Shown piece after piece: positions 13,543 through 26,816 of a DNA stretch of 64,000 nt. Numbering within the stretch: the stretch's first letter is position 1; each line of letters starts with the position of its first letter. Where the stretch lies: NCBI GenBank assembly GCA_013265495.1, contig MU061578.1:5095308-5159307 (forward strand), in the 5' to 3' direction. Under the pieces are notes generated by a model that did no database searches, was not told where the DNA came from, and worked only from the letters and a program-made list of their open reading frames with translations. The position numbers and the translations under genes were made by a program. The DNA is from Vicugna vicugna. Taxonomy: Eukaryota.

Positions 13543-15374
13543 GTGAGTCGCTGGCAGGGCTGCCCATTGGTCCACTTAGACTTGGCCCCTCCAAGCCCAA
13601 GTCACCCTGCAAAGTGTGTCCCAGAGCCCCTGCCCTCCTGCAAGTGCCAGAGTCTCCTCACTTGCTCCCCCACGTCCTCACAAATGTGTCCCACGAGGCA
13701 ACAGACACTTGTCTCAAAGGCCAAAGGGCTGCTTGATGCTGACCGTTCCCCTTTTCTTCCTCCAGGGAGCGAAGACAATCCAGCGCGGGTCGGGGCTGGC
13801 TGGGGACTGCATCCCCTCTCCTGCCTTAAAGAGTCTAGTCTGTGGTGCCTCGGAGGCTCGGGCTCCTGCCCCTGAGAGGCACTCATTCTTCTGGTTGCCT
13901 TGGTTAACAGCCCTTGGGCCTGTACCTTCTTTGCTTCTGGGGGATTCTTGTGTCCCCCCCGACCCCAGTTCTGCCTGCCTTCGCAGATGCCCTGCTGTGT
14001 TCCCCTCTGGTCATGTGGAGTGGGATGCTGGTTCAGGTTAGGGCATTGGCCCAGCTTGGAGTCTTGGGGTCCTGAGAGCCCAGGGCTCTTTCATTCCCCT
14101 GTGCTTGTGGTCCCGGGATGACTGCCTGTATGGAGCTGTGCCCTCTCCCTCCTTCAGCTCTAGCTCATCTTACTCTGCTTCTCTTCTCGGCCTCCGACTG
14201 TGTGTGTCTTTGGCAGTATCTTTTTCATGTGTGCACACTGACATGTCTTCTCTGCCTGCAGCTGTGCCATTCTAGGCTAAACTTCATTTTGCAGCCTGTT
14301 CCCAACATGATTTGTTTAGGAAGGGTACTTGCCGGGGATCAGGCCTTGCCACCTGGCCTCGCTCACCTGCCTTCAGGGGAAACGCCCATACATGTGCCCT
14401 TTCCACCTGCCCCTCTGAGCACAGCCCTTGGAGTGTCCAGACCGAGGGAGGCCGTGCCTTTCAGGCCCAAGCGCTTATCCTATGGTTTCCAGTGCTTATT
14501 TACACCCCACCATCCCCACCTGTGGATCAAAGGGGAAGGGTTGATAGGATGTCTCCACATGTCATCCTAAGAAGTGACATTCTTGGTGCACCTCCTTTGG
14601 GACCCTGAGAAAGGTGTCTGCCTGGGCAGCTGCTGTCCCCACCCTCTGCTTTGTCGAGTCGCTAGGGAACTCGTTGGCCTCCAGCTCGAGCTGGTCAGAT
14701 GGCCAGGGTCCACATCTCTGAGCCTCTGGTGCTGCCAGCACAGGGACCCTGCTGTGCAGAGCAAGGCCTGGTCAGGACAACTGGGCACGGCACCAGGAGG
14801 CATTCACCAAACCTGGAATACCCACAAGGAGCCCCAAGCAGAGCCCCTTCGATTCATTCTTCAGAGTGTCCTAAAGGTCCAGAGCCCCTCAAGAGGGAAT
14901 GTTGCTGACGGCAGTCTTTGGGAAAAGGGGGGTTCCCAAGTTGGCACAAGTCCTGCAGCTGGGAGCAGCGTCTCAACCAGCCGTATTCTACCTGAGTGAC
15001 GTGGAGACCTGCACAAGGCCACCTGTTAGCCTAGGACAGACAGCTGCAGGTGTGGAGGGGAGAGGCCCAAGTGACATCCCGAGTGCACTGCATGGGGACT
15101 GTGTGTGAACTCTGTACCCAGCAGGTCACGTGGAGGGACTCGGGCCAGGCATGCATCTGGCAGACATACCCTTTCCTCGACTGAGCCCTCTGTCCCCCAT
15201 CCTGGGGCCCCGAGAGCCCGCAGGGCCTGCACAGAGTCTGTGGGAGGGTAGTACGGGGGCTGAGCGCTTCCAGGGGTCTGGGCCGAGCGGGGCGCCGGGG
15301 CCACTGCAGGCCAGCAGAGGCACAGCCATATTCTTTCATCTGGTGAAAACTGCAGTTATTTTTCTTTTTTCTAG

Positions 15375-15466
15375 GGGTACTGGAGGAAGCAGAGTTTTAC
15401 AATATCACCTCACTAATAAAACTTGTAAAGGACAAAATTAGAGAGCGAGACAGCAAAACATCACAG
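15375..15466 (+). CDS. KCTD5: KCTD5 exon 3 ([31 protein letters not shown])
   Basis: Poly-T tract plus ctag acceptor, CAG|gtgaga donor; 92 nt; EEAEFY motif; frame consistent with exon 2. Confidence 0.97.
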
Positions 15467-17315
15467 GTGAGACCAGTGACTAATGTGCCAGAAGCTTCCT
15501 AGGCCTGGCGTGAAGGCACAGCTCGCTCCCCTCCCTCCTCCCTGGAGTTGCCCTGGCGCCCGTGGCCCGCCCTCTAGCTGCCTCCTGCGGTGCTGCCAGC
15601 TGATGCCCACTCCAGGGGGCGAGAGGTCCCATGGGGGTGAAGAGGGGCAGAAGGAGAGCAGGCGGCCTCCATGGGGCTTGAGTGTGTGGCCGCCTCGGGA
15701 AGAGATTGCAGGCAGGGCAGCATGAGTGCAAAAGCCCTGTGGCAGCCATATGCTCAAGCTGTTCCAAGGGCCCACGTGGCCCAGGGAGAGCATGGGGGAG
15801 CCGGTAGTGACAGTGGAGGTAGGGTTCTGCAGGTGTGTGGACTTGGCCTTTGCTTGGAAAGAAGGGCTCAGCCAGTGCCCTTTGTGCTGAACAGTGTTCC
15901 CTGCGGGCAGATCCCTATACGGGACCCATTCACACTTGGCCACAGTGAGCAGTGCTGGAGCCAGCACGGCCACTCTGCTGCCCACCAAGCCAGTGTTGTC
16001 ACAGAAGGTGTGTCTAGCACCATCCATGAAGGGAGGCACCAGAGGGTCTAAGGCATTAGTTTTTGCTGTGGCACCAGCTCAGTGCTACGGAGCAGAGCGC
16101 CAGACCCTTGCCCAGTGAGTTACCTCCGCCAGGAAGATGCTGCAGAGCGCTTGTTCCCTCAGAGCTGCTATCACTACCTGAAGAGTCTCCACTGAGAATC
16201 CTTCCACTGCCACTCCCCGCTCCCTATGGACTTTCCCACTGGGCACCTGCAGGCCCTGAGCTCCACCTCTTGGCTTTTGTGAAGAGACTCGCTGACCACC
16301 TGGCCACTCAGAGTGGCTGGTCAAGGGTCTGGGGAGGGGCACAGTGCGGTGACTGCAGTGGGAGGCTGGGGCCCCCCACCATGCAGCCCCCAGCTTTCTC
16401 TTTGCTGCAGGAGCTCCTGGCGTGCCAGGACAGTGGGAGGGGACAGTGGGAAGGGACAGAGGAGGGACAGATGTGTCCACAGTCTCCCTGATCATTTCTG
16501 GCCAGTTTGCCGCCTCCTTCCTCTCTGCCCAGCTGCCCTGATTATGAACCATGTGACCTGGGCCCATAGCAAACCTCTTTGATTGTCTCCCCCTCCACAT
16601 GGTAGAGGTGACGATTCCCCCACCCAGGGGACTAGCAGGTCAGATTAGGTCTCACAGTGTCATTCATTATCACAAATGACAGCACCTGGGCTGCGTGATG
16701 ATGGCCAGGGTTCTAAGAGCTATGGCCTTGTCACTAGCGTGCTGTGTCGGGCTGCCACCTGTAGCGGGAGTGGCAGCTGTGTCAGGGTGGATCTACTGCT
16801 GGTGGCTCCCCGAGACCACGTTTGGAATGTCGCTCAGCGGAGGGTGAGCAGATCAGAAGATCTTCGGGCTCATATCTGAGCTGCTGTGCGTGTCTGAGAG
16901 CTTTTTCTAAGAGCAGGGCTGAGGCTGGCCCTGCCTGGCTCTTGAGGCCCTCCCTTAATTCAGACACTTGGTGTGATTCCCCTAAGGCATGAAAATGGGT
17001 GTCCTCATGTGTTTACATCTAGCCACAGGTGCTTCTGGGATTTCAGGGACATGACTCATTTTATTTTGGAATTTAGAAATGGAAATATTTTTAGAGGCGG
17101 ACGGGGAAGCAGAATACGGCAGCTGTTCCAGTGTGTTTGTTTTGCTTTGGTGGATGCGCTTGGGGTTCCTTTGGGCATCATGACGTGAGCCCGAGAGGTG
17201 GAAGGAGACGTCTGCCTGCCTGGGTCCCCTGCCAGGCAGTCCCAGGGTTAGCACAGGGGGCAGGGTGGCCAGGCGGGGCAAGTGGCCCTCTCACCCGTGG
17301 CCGTCATTCTCGCAG

Positions 17316-17411
17316 GTGCCAGTGAAGCACGTGTACCGCGTGCTACAGTGTCAGGAAGAGGAGCTCACGCAGATGGTGTCCACCATGTCTGACGGCTGGA
17401 AGTTTGAGCAG
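17316..17411 (+). CDS. KCTD5: KCTD5 exon 4 ([32 protein letters not shown])
   Basis: cgcag acceptor, CAG|gtaaag donor; 96 nt; KCTD2/5/17 C-terminal domain signature. Confidence 0.97.
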
Positions 17412-18572
17412 GTAAAGGGCCCCCTGGGTGATGGGAGCTGGCAGTGCGGTGGAACTTTTAATAATAAAGGCCCTACAGGGTCCCCAGGGCGGCTGGCCCC
17501 AGGGACTGGTAATGAGACATTGGGCGGCCTGCGGTTCCTGGGAACACGGGCCCCTGTCACTGTCGTCCTAGGTATGTCTCATGAACAGTGCCTGTGCCCG
17601 GTCCTAATTGAATTGGTCACAGGCGCTTGGGTGGGGCAGGGGGGAGTTGTTCTTAGGGTCCCCCACTCCCGCTTCCTCCCCAGTCTTCTCTCTGCAGTTA
17701 TTCTTATTCTAGCCCATTCTTCTGGGGTGGAGGGGTGTTCTCTGCTGTTCTGTAGCATCTCTGTGTGTGTGGGATTGACATCCTGAGTGCCTCCTAGCCT
17801 GGCCCCACCTCCATGTCCCCTCCCGTGTCTGCCCAGCCCCTCCTGGCCCCTTCCATGTTGGCTGAGCAGATGGCAGCTCCTGGCACCTCTGTGCTGCCGT
17901 TGGCACAGATGCCCTTTCTGGTGGGGCTGCTCTGTGGCTCCGCAGCGCCCGTCCTGCCCTTGATCGGAAAGATGCTGCAGGTTCTGGCCAGCTGTGCCCT
18001 TTACTTTCCTCAGCTCTACTTTTGCTGGGGCTGATGTGACAATCTGTGTATACCGAGTCCTTTTGCCTCCCTCTGTCCCTCCCTCCATGGGCTCTGGTGT
18101 TTGTTTCCACGTGCGCGCTGGCTCTCGTCCTTCGGAACTGCGATCTGTTACCTGTGGACCTTGGAACATGGCAGGGATGTCCTCGGAGTGGGCAGGACCT
18201 TCCCCTTGAGCTCATTGTCATTTTTCCTCTTTCTCAGGCAGAGACTCTGAGGTTCGGGCTATGACCTGCCCAGGCCCTAGCCCCCTGCGCTGGTCGGGAA
18301 GGGTAGAGAGCAGGTGTGGGGCCCTAGCCCCAGGTAGCAGCCACCCTGCTCGCCAGGCCCCCTCTGGCTCCTGAGAGTCTCCTCTGTTGCCAGCTTCTGT
18401 CTGGGGCAGGTTCTGTCCACAGCAGGAAATTAAGGGATCACCCTGACCTCCCTTGTAATTAAGGCTACCTCTTTTTTGGAGTCTTTTGATTAATGAGTCA
18501 TGTTGTAGAATGCCTAGAGTCCCTGTAAAATGTCATGAAAGAGAGGTGTAGTCAGCATTTGTGTCCCACCCT

Positions 18573-18931
18573 GCAGTGGGGGGGGGCGCAGCCACCAGGA
18601 GTCCAGGGAGGCTCCTGTGGTTGCATTTGCATTCCTCACACTCTGACCCCGTCACAGTCACGCCAGGCTCATGCAGGGACAGAAATTACCCACCACCCCT
18701 AGGTGGGGAGCCTGGCATAACCTGAGTGGCAGTCGCCAGTTTAATTTTTGTCCCCCCCCGCAGTGGGGGGGGGGCGCAGCCACCAGGAGTCCAGGGAGGC
18801 TCCTGTGGTTGCATTTGCATTCCTCACACTCTGACCCCGTCACAGTCACGCCAGGCTCATGCAGGGACAGAAATTACCCACCACCCCTAGGTGGGGAGCC
18901 TGGCATAACCTGAGTGGCAGTCGCCAGTTTA
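18573..18931. repeat. Near-perfect tandem duplication (~170 bp identical, ~188 bp period) in KCTD5 intron 4
   Basis: GCAGTGGGG...GGCAGTCGCCAGTTTA occurs at 18573-18743 and 18760-18931, differing visibly only in poly-G length. Confidence 0.92.
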
Positions 18932-20313
18932 GGATCTGTGAACTAGGTCACCCTTTGTCAGAGTTAAGCCCCGTTTGGCTCTCCAGCTAGAAGGGAGAAA
19001 GGTTCCCCTGCCTCCTGCCTGGGTGTCTCCCTCCCCCTGACCAACCTGGGGACTTGATCCTGAGCTCCTCTGGGTGGATTCCAACTCCACCACAGAGATG
19101 GTTCCTCTCTTCCCCCGAGTCTCACCTGTTTTGCCCATTTCCTCCCTCGGGGACATCCTCCTCCAGGTTTATGCCAGTGCAGCCCCAGAACCAGAAGCAT
19201 GTTAGTTCACTTGTCTGCCTCCCAGAAGCAGGGGCTGGAACTGCGGCAGGGGAAGTGGGGCTGGCACCCGGGACCCTGTGACGTGGCGATTGCGAACCCA
19301 GGCTGCCCAGTGATCAGTGACAAGGCCAGAGCGAGGCTCCCAGCGGGTTCTGGAGGGGCTTGCGTGCCTCGTGAAGGCATGGTCTCTGGGCAGACCTGAG
19401 CACCCCTCTCGCTTGGCTGTACTCACTGCGTCCCCCTCCCTGACCTCTCCTGGGCAGATTCATCAGCAGAGAAGCTGAAGGTCGAAGGGCCTTCCAGGAG
19501 TTGGCTTAATAATCAGCACTGGTAGCTTCGCTATAATTGTAGTGGTTTTCTTTTGAGTAATTTTGCATTTAAAATCACAAAGCCCTTGGTGGCTATGGGA
19601 TGGGCTGGAGCAAGTGGGCCGGCCCTTGACTCCTGTGTGGCTGTGGTGGTGACCTAGAAGCCCATGAGGATGCAGGGCTGTGGGCATGTCTGCCATGGGC
19701 CCATATAGACCGAGACTGTGGCTGAGGCCCATGGAGCCATGGCCCAACCTCTGTCTTGGAGATTCGGGCAGCTGGACTTTTGGCTCCTCCTGAGCCTGTG
19801 AGAACCAGCACGGCCCCCTGCCGACCTCCCCTCCCACCACTGGTGTCTGCCTTTCTCGGTCAGTAGCCCCAGGGTGAGGAAGGGTCAGTCCTGGCTTCCC
19901 TGGGGAGGAGTTCGCCCTCACGTGCGTGAGTGTGTAAGGAGGGAGCAGAGGGCCACCATCCCACTGCCTGCCCACCCCCCCCCACACTCCAGCACTGTGC
20001 TCCCCTCACTGGGTCCCTCGGCATCCCCATGGGCCCAGCCAGAAACCCAGGGAAGAGCTGGCCATCCCACATGTTTTATGTGTGTGGTGGCATGTTTGTG
20101 CAGGTGCCTGTGTGCCTGAGTATGGTGGTTTGAGGACTTGATTTTCCATAAGTTCATTAAAAATCTCTTGGCTGAACCCTGTCCCTTGGTTTCCCTGAGT
20201 GTTGGCCATCCTTGCCGTGGGTCTTTGCAGGCTGTTTCCCTCCTGGTGGGCGGGCTGAGCCAGGTGCACATGTGGCTCTCTGCCCACATCCCTCTGGCCT
20301 TCTCTCCTCCCAG

Positions 20314-20439
20314 CTGGTCAGCATCGGCTCCTCCTACAACTACGGGAGTGAGGACCAGGCTGAGTTCCTCTGCGTGGTCTCCAAGGAACTGCACAACTCC
20401 TCATATGGCACGACCAGTGAGCCCAGTGAGAAGGCCAAG
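20314..20439 (+). CDS. KCTD5: KCTD5 exon 5 ([42 protein letters not shown])
   Basis: Pyrimidine tract plus cccag acceptor, AAG|gtgggt donor; 126 nt, phase 0. Confidence 0.97.
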
Positions 20440-22399
20440 GTGGGTGATGCTGCGGCCCGCTGCCCGCGGTGGGTGCAGGTAAAGTTGGGGATGCTCGCAG
20501 CAGGGCTGAGTTTCTCTCCTTGAAGCTATGTCATTTCTTACTATCCTTGTTGGTTCTTCTGGCCACACCGGCTTCCTAGTGGCATGCTCAGCCTCGCACT
20601 TCTTGTCCGTCGTCACGTAATTCTCACCTGATGTATCAGAAGCAGAGTCCTGGGATGAAGGACACGTCCATCCACAGGACACGGGTGGTGGAGCGAGCGG
20701 TCTTTGGGCACAGGCTCCCTGCAGGGTGAGCCCCTGTGGCTTCCACAGCCCCGGCCCTCCTCCCACCTCTCTTCTAACCAGCAGGGTTGTTCCTGGAAGT
20801 GTTGTCTTCCAAACCTACCAGTAGGGGCTACACTTTTAAGTTTAAGCCACTGTGGGCTATTTTTCTGGGGACTTGGGATGTCAAAGCTGGGGGGCAGGAC
20901 CTCCTGAGCTGCACCTGTCTTGGATACATCCATCCCAGGCTGGGAAGTCATGCTGCTTTGTAAACAGAGCAAGTCCTGCAGATTTTGTGATTTTTAGACT
21001 CCATGGAGTGTTGCCTTGCCCAGCACTGGCCGGTTCCTGTTGAACTGCGCTGGCTCCCTGCTGAATGTCTGACTCTTCTGTCTCCCAAGGAGCCAGGGTG
21101 AACATGGCCAGCCCTGTAGTAGGGAGCAGCTGCTGGCCTTGCCTGGAGGCTACAGCTTCTACTGGCATCTTGTCTGGGCTCATTCCTGAGGCTGGGGCCT
21201 CCAGCTATGTCTGTTCTTGTAGAGTCCAGCATCCATCGGCCTGGGCAGGACTCCTGGACCTTTGAGCCAGGTGGTGCCTGAATGGTTCCGCAGCCAGCTC
21301 TGAAGGGATCCAGGGGATCTGTGGTGGCCAGGCTCGGTGGCCCTGGTGGAAAGCTCAGGTGTGCTGTCAAGGGGTGCTAGGAGTGGGTGTGGGAAAGGCT
21401 GGAGACAGGAGGGTTTTAACTGATGACATTAAGCCAGGGACTCCCAAATGCTTCTCAGGCTCTTGGCCAGATGTCACCCTGGCCCCTGCCTGCCTAGAGC
21501 TGCCCTGTGAGCCTTTCAGGGTCTTCCTGGGAGGTGTGGGCTTGGCAATGGATGGCAGATTGCCACGCCTGTGGCCGTCCTCCACCGGGCTCGTGGCAGC
21601 CTTTTCACTCCAGCATGACTAGGGCCCTGGGGCCTCCAGAGTCCTCCCACCACTCCCTCCACCCCCCACCCCCTGGCCTGCGTGGGCGCCTGTGGCTGTG
21701 TGTGCTGGGTCCAGGCTGTTCCGTTGCCTCTCAGGACAGGATGTCACGGGGTCAGCGTGGGTCTCCGTGGTCCACTGGGAACAGAGGGGCCCCAGTGCCT
21801 CACCTAGGGATGTGCTTCTTGTTGAGTTGGGGTAGGAGACGACTGTACCTCCTGGGAGCCCCCAGCCTCACAAGGAGCCATCTCTCTCTGAGCGTTTGCA
21901 GGGCTTTGTTGTACATTGTCTATTTTTAGAAGCTTTTATTTCTGAACTTGAAAAATTCTCATAGGCGAGCTCACCAGGGCAGCCGCCCGAGCTCATTTCC
22001 GTCAGGTGGCTTTTCAGCTGCAGAAAGGATGCGTCTGCTGAGGGAGCTCCAGGCGTGACCCCAAATCCCTTTGCCATTGAAAACAAGGCCCTATTTCTCT
22101 CTCCAAAAATACCTGGCTCTGAAGTGTGGCGGCCACAGTGGCTTCTAAGTTGGGGCAGTGGCAGGAGCTGTCATGGAAGTGGATCATAGCCGGAGCCTCC
22201 AGAGAGCCATGGAAAACTGTCACGGCCAGATCGGCAGTCGTAATTTAGGGACCCCTATGCACAATCTTGTTAGGGCAGCATTCCGTGTTCTGGGGGCAGT
22301 GAGGGTCACCACTGTGGACCTGCTCACTGGGTGCCCGAGGCATGGGCCAGCCACCCTTTGTCAAGGTGAAAATAACAGGAAAGAATGGATGAGGGTGGT

Positions 22400-22960
22400 G
22401 GGGCAACTCTGTGAGGGGACCAGTCCACCCAGGAATGGCTGCCATCAACCCCAAATTCAGGGCCTTCCCAAACCATTCTCCGATTCCATGATCTGTTGGG
22501 AGGAGTCAACTCACTGAGTGCGGTTCTGCTCATGGTTACAGTTTATCACAGGAAGCACAGAGGGGTAGGGCTCAGACCTGCCAGGGGAGGGTGTGTCGGA
22601 TGGAGGCCAGGAAGTGTGCCTGACATGGAGCTTGCGTCACAAAGGTGCTGCTCGTGGAGTCAGGGCTTGTGGCGATGTGTACGGAGCATTGCCCACCACG
22701 GATGCTCCCCCAGCCTCTGTGTCCAAAGGTTTTACTGGGCTCGGGCACGTAGGCATGATTATTGATCAATGATAGAACACCCATGTGCCTGATCACAGTC
22801 TCCAGGCCCCTGGCCAGCTGACCCCACCCTCCATCACACGGTCAGACTGTCTGGTGTGGACTGGAGGTCATGGCCTCCCCCGAGCTGAGGGCAAAAGCCA
22901 GACCTGTGTTTGGGCAAGGTTTAGTTCTTCAGGACACAGAGGGAAGAAAACTCTGGAACT
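22400..22960 (-). mobile_element. Degraded MER21-like ERVL LTR in KCTD5 intron 5
   Basis: Resembles the reverse strand of the recalled MER21C consensus (…aactcactgagtgcggttctgctcatggttacagtttatcacagg…); boundaries approximate. Confidence 0.45.
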
Positions 22961-23217
22961 TTGGGAATGCCAAGGCCCAGGGTTGACGGGGCTAGTGAGA
23001 CACTGAGCCTGTACCTTCCTCGTGGTGTGATCTGGATGAGGCTGGCCTGTGCCTCGTCACACACACAGCTCCGGCCCCTGGCCCTAAGCACCTGTGCTCT
23101 CCACTGCCTCCTCGTGGCCTGTCTGGGTGGGCTTCCCTCCGTGGCCTCCTGCCTCACCCTGCACTGACGGTGCCCTCTCTTCTTCTCCTCCCTGCCGCCT
23201 GCTGCATGCCGAGCCAG

Positions 23218-23262
23218 AGTGACGATGAGGACACGGGTCACGATGGGGATGACTCAGATTAA
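23218..23262 (+). CDS. KCTD5: Candidate KCTD5 alternative terminal-coding cassette exon (SDDEDTGHDGDDSD*); exon runs to 23276
   Basis: Branch point CACTGAC 23162-23168, long pyrimidine tract, CAG 23215-23217, phase-0 acidic ORF with TAA 23260-23262, donor ATG|GTGAGC at 23276/23277. No transcript evidence is available. Confidence 0.6.
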   Translation, partial: SDDEDTGHDGDDSD

Positions 23263-24094
23263 GTGTAAATGTCATGGTGAGCCTGCTGCCCTGGAAACTG
23301 ACCTGGTACCTTAGCTTCTTTGACCCCAGCCCCTCCTCCACTGCATCCATCTCATGCCTGTAGTTGACAGAGAACCTTCCACAGTAGATGCCAACTGTGT
23401 AGATCTGCAGTGGAGCCAGTCTGTCTAGTGGCACGGCTGTCTGTCCCCCAAGGATGCCCATGTGGGTGGGGTTGGGACTGTGGCTGGGGGCCTGAGCACT
23501 GTGTGTGTCAGACTTAGGAAAGGCCCCCTTCCCATGGATGTTAGCAAGGACATGGGCCTGCACCTCCTGGGGACAGGCAGCCCCCAGCCTGCCAGTGTTC
23601 CCATCTTGTTGCCAGGCCACCCATGGGCTCAGGGCTGTGGAATCAGGGCTTATGCCACAGAGGGTGGGCCGTGATCCTGACGCCAAGCCCACGACACCCC
23701 TGCTCCCCTATGCCACAGGCGAGGAATGCTGGTGGAGAGGAGTCTGTGTGGACTCTCCTGTTGGCCCCATGGTAGAGACTCCATGATGCCTTCTCGGCCC
23801 CCAGCTGCTCCCCAAGTCCCTGCTGCTTCCTAGGTTCTCTGTCATCAGAGGGCGTCTGGTCTGCTCTCTTGACTGGTGCAGGGGAGGTCGAGGCCCAGAG
23901 AGCAGGGAGCTTCCCTGCTGAGCCCGGCAGGTGGGGACCTTCAGCCTCCTCCTGGGAGGAGTTCGGGAAAAGCCTGCGGCCAGCCAAGCACGGAACGCCA
24001 ACAACCAGCCATGAGAGGTCTAGTCTAGGGGTCACAGACTAAGAACAGCTTTTATGTTTTTAATGTTATTTTTCTGGTGATTATGTAAGTACAT

Positions 24095-24440
24095 AACAGT
24101 TTTGCTGTTTGACCCAGAAATCCTTAAATATTTACTATCTGGTCCTTTAAGAAAAAGCTTGCTGGCCCCTGATCTGGACTGGCACTGACCAGGGGGCGTG
24201 CAGCACGCCCTCCATCTGTGCTTTTAAACTTCCTGGTAGCCACGTTAAGGAAGTAAAAGGAAATGTGAAACTTATGCTAATATTATTACCTAGTAAGCGC
24301 ATAATATTGTCATTTGAGCCAGAAAATCACTGAAGTGTTTTACTTGCCTCTTCTCAAAGTCTCTGAAATCAGGCATGTAGTTGGCATTTGTGGCCCATTT
24401 CGGTTTGGAGTGGCTGCACCTTAGGGGTTCAGCTTGACTT
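24095..24440. mobile_element. hAT-Charlie DNA transposon fragments (MER58-like end, then MER3/MER33-like)
   Basis: aaatatttactatctggtcctttaagaaaaagcttgctggcccctg resembles the MER58 end; …ggtagccacgttaaggaagtaaaaggaaatgtgaaa… resembles MER3/MER33. Confidence 0.5.
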
Positions 24441-26816
24441 TGGCCTGGGCCGATGGTGAACCATGATGGGAACTCGAGACTGGGGGAATGTGGGGGGCGG
24501 GCAGGAGCCCTCGTGAGCATGGAGGAGTCATGCCTGCTGGCAGCTGCTGGGCCAGCCTCCAGGAGGAAGGAGGGGCCTCTTTCAACACGACTTCCCCCCA
24601 GCCTAGTTACAGACTTTGCATCTGCTTACAGGAGCTTCTTCGGTGGCCCTAACGCAGGGGTCTGGACTGTGGGAGGGGCGAGCATGGGCTGGTCACCAGG
24701 GCAGCCTTGGAGTGGGCCCTGGGGCCTGGGTGTCGCAGGGTGAAGTGATGCCACTCCGCCTAGGCCCACCACGGGGGTGCTGCACACTGTGCTCATCCCA
24801 CCCAGTCCCTGCGGCCCGACTCAGACCTTGTGGGCAGTGGCCCAGGTGAGAGTCTGACCAGGACAGACAGGGCCGTGACTGTCACAGATCCTCCTTAGGA
24901 GACAGTTGTTGGGGCTCCGGCTCTGGTGGGATGGCTCCTCCTGTGTTGTCAGCTCGCTTCCAGGCCACGTGATGGTTACATGGGCCTCATCGCTTCCACC
25001 ACTTCATCCCGTGAACTCAGATGCTCCCTCTGCTCTGCTGGGCCCCCACAGAGTGAGCAGCTCTCTGTTCCCGGGCCCCCACAGACTCCAGCTTTCCCAG
25101 CAAACAACCAAGATGACAGGGCGGCAGACCCTTGTGGGACTAGTGCCTTGAGGGCCAGAGGGACATTGTGGGCTGAGCAGGGACATAGCTTCACCCACCC
25201 CAATGTACGACCTCTGACTCTGTCCCTCTGACAAGGTCTTCCCGGGCTTTCCCAGTGAGAAGGCAGGCCCTGCTGAACTTACGGGCTTGGGGAGCCGTCA
25301 GAGACACAGTGGGCACAGCCTAGGGACAGCAGGGCTGTGGCGTGCATCAGGATGGGCTGCAGCATCTCCGCGGAACCTGCGCTTCTCTTGAGTCATTCAG
25401 AACAAGCCCTCAGGAAACGTGAGTGACTGGCTGCATGGCTCTGGCCAGCCATCCTGGCTGGTGAGCAGGAGGTCAGGGTTGCCCAGGTGCTTGAGAACCT
25501 GAGAACTTTACCTGCTGCCCGCCAGGCCCTCCTGGGCATGTCCCCGTATTGTGCCAGGGCTCAGTGACACACAGTGTCCTCAGGGCTGTATCTCTCTCAG
25601 CCAGAAATTCAAGTGGAAAATGCCCCCGGGAGGCCATTCTTGAGCTGCCGATGGGATTGCAGGGAGGGTCATCTTTCAGCGCCAGCCTGGGCGTGGTCGG
25701 GCCAGGCTGGGACTTGTGTGGCTTTTTGATCCTGATCACCTGGTGCTTAGCAGCCGCACTTGACATACCGAGACAGCACACTTTGCCAGCTCTAAATTGA
25801 CCCCTGGCTCATGTGGGCTTCTACCTCCAGCTGGCTCCAGGCCTTGAGGAGCTGCCAGCCTGATTTGGGGGAAGATGGGAGGCACAGATAATTCTAGTGG
25901 TGAGGGAGATGGGGATACTGCTCAGGCTCTGAGACGCTGAGGAGGCGTGAGAGTGAGAGGGTCAAGGATGGTGGTTGAGGGGTAGCAGGCTCCACAGGGA
26001 TGGCATAGTCCCCCAGTGGGTTCAGGTTTGTGGCCTATAGAGTCCTGTCTGGCTATAGTGAGGAGGGGGCTGACTCCCTTGAGGTGGGTGGTCCAGGTAC
26101 AGTTACGACCCCAGCCAGGCAGGCAGTGTGCAGAACGAGTTGGCAGGTATGGTTGTGGGGGTGACAGGGCAGGCCCAGAGTCCCAGGTGTCTGGGTTGTT
26201 GACCAGGTGCAGGGTGGAGGGGACATGGTTTGCAGTGGAGGGTGGAAGAAAGAAGAGGGGTAGGTTGGGGTGGGTCCCTGGGGACCCTGGTCATACATAT
26301 GTGTGTTCGGCTCAGAATCCAGCTGGGCTGGAGAGAACGTCAGGAGTCAGTGCCTGTCAGATGGGCAGCTAAACCCCAGGTGGGCTTTGGCACCTTCAGG
26401 AACCGAGAGCCTCTCACCCTCAGGAGACCATCGGGAGAGATGCCGCGGGTCCTGGGGCTATGCCCATGAGTCTCAGGAGGCATGGGGGGGACAGGCCCCC
26501 TGCGGCCTTCCAGGCATGATTGCTTGGTGGTTTCTCACAGCCTCCACAGTTCACCACTTTCCAAGTCCTTCTGACGTCAGGCTAGGATGGAGGGTGGGGA
26601 GAGCTGGGGGGCCTGCCCTGTGTGGGGCCTGAAGGTGGGCGGAGCCGGGCCTGCACAGTGATGTCTCTGCCTGCAGCTGGCCTGGGCCACACCTGCTCTT
26701 GGACCCTGGCCCGTGGTGGGCTCCACCCAACTCAGGGCCACCAAGTTCCCAGCTGGCTGCCGGCTGCCTTTTCAGTCAAGGCCCTAGTCCTCACTGTCTG
26801 CATTTGGCATTTTCAG

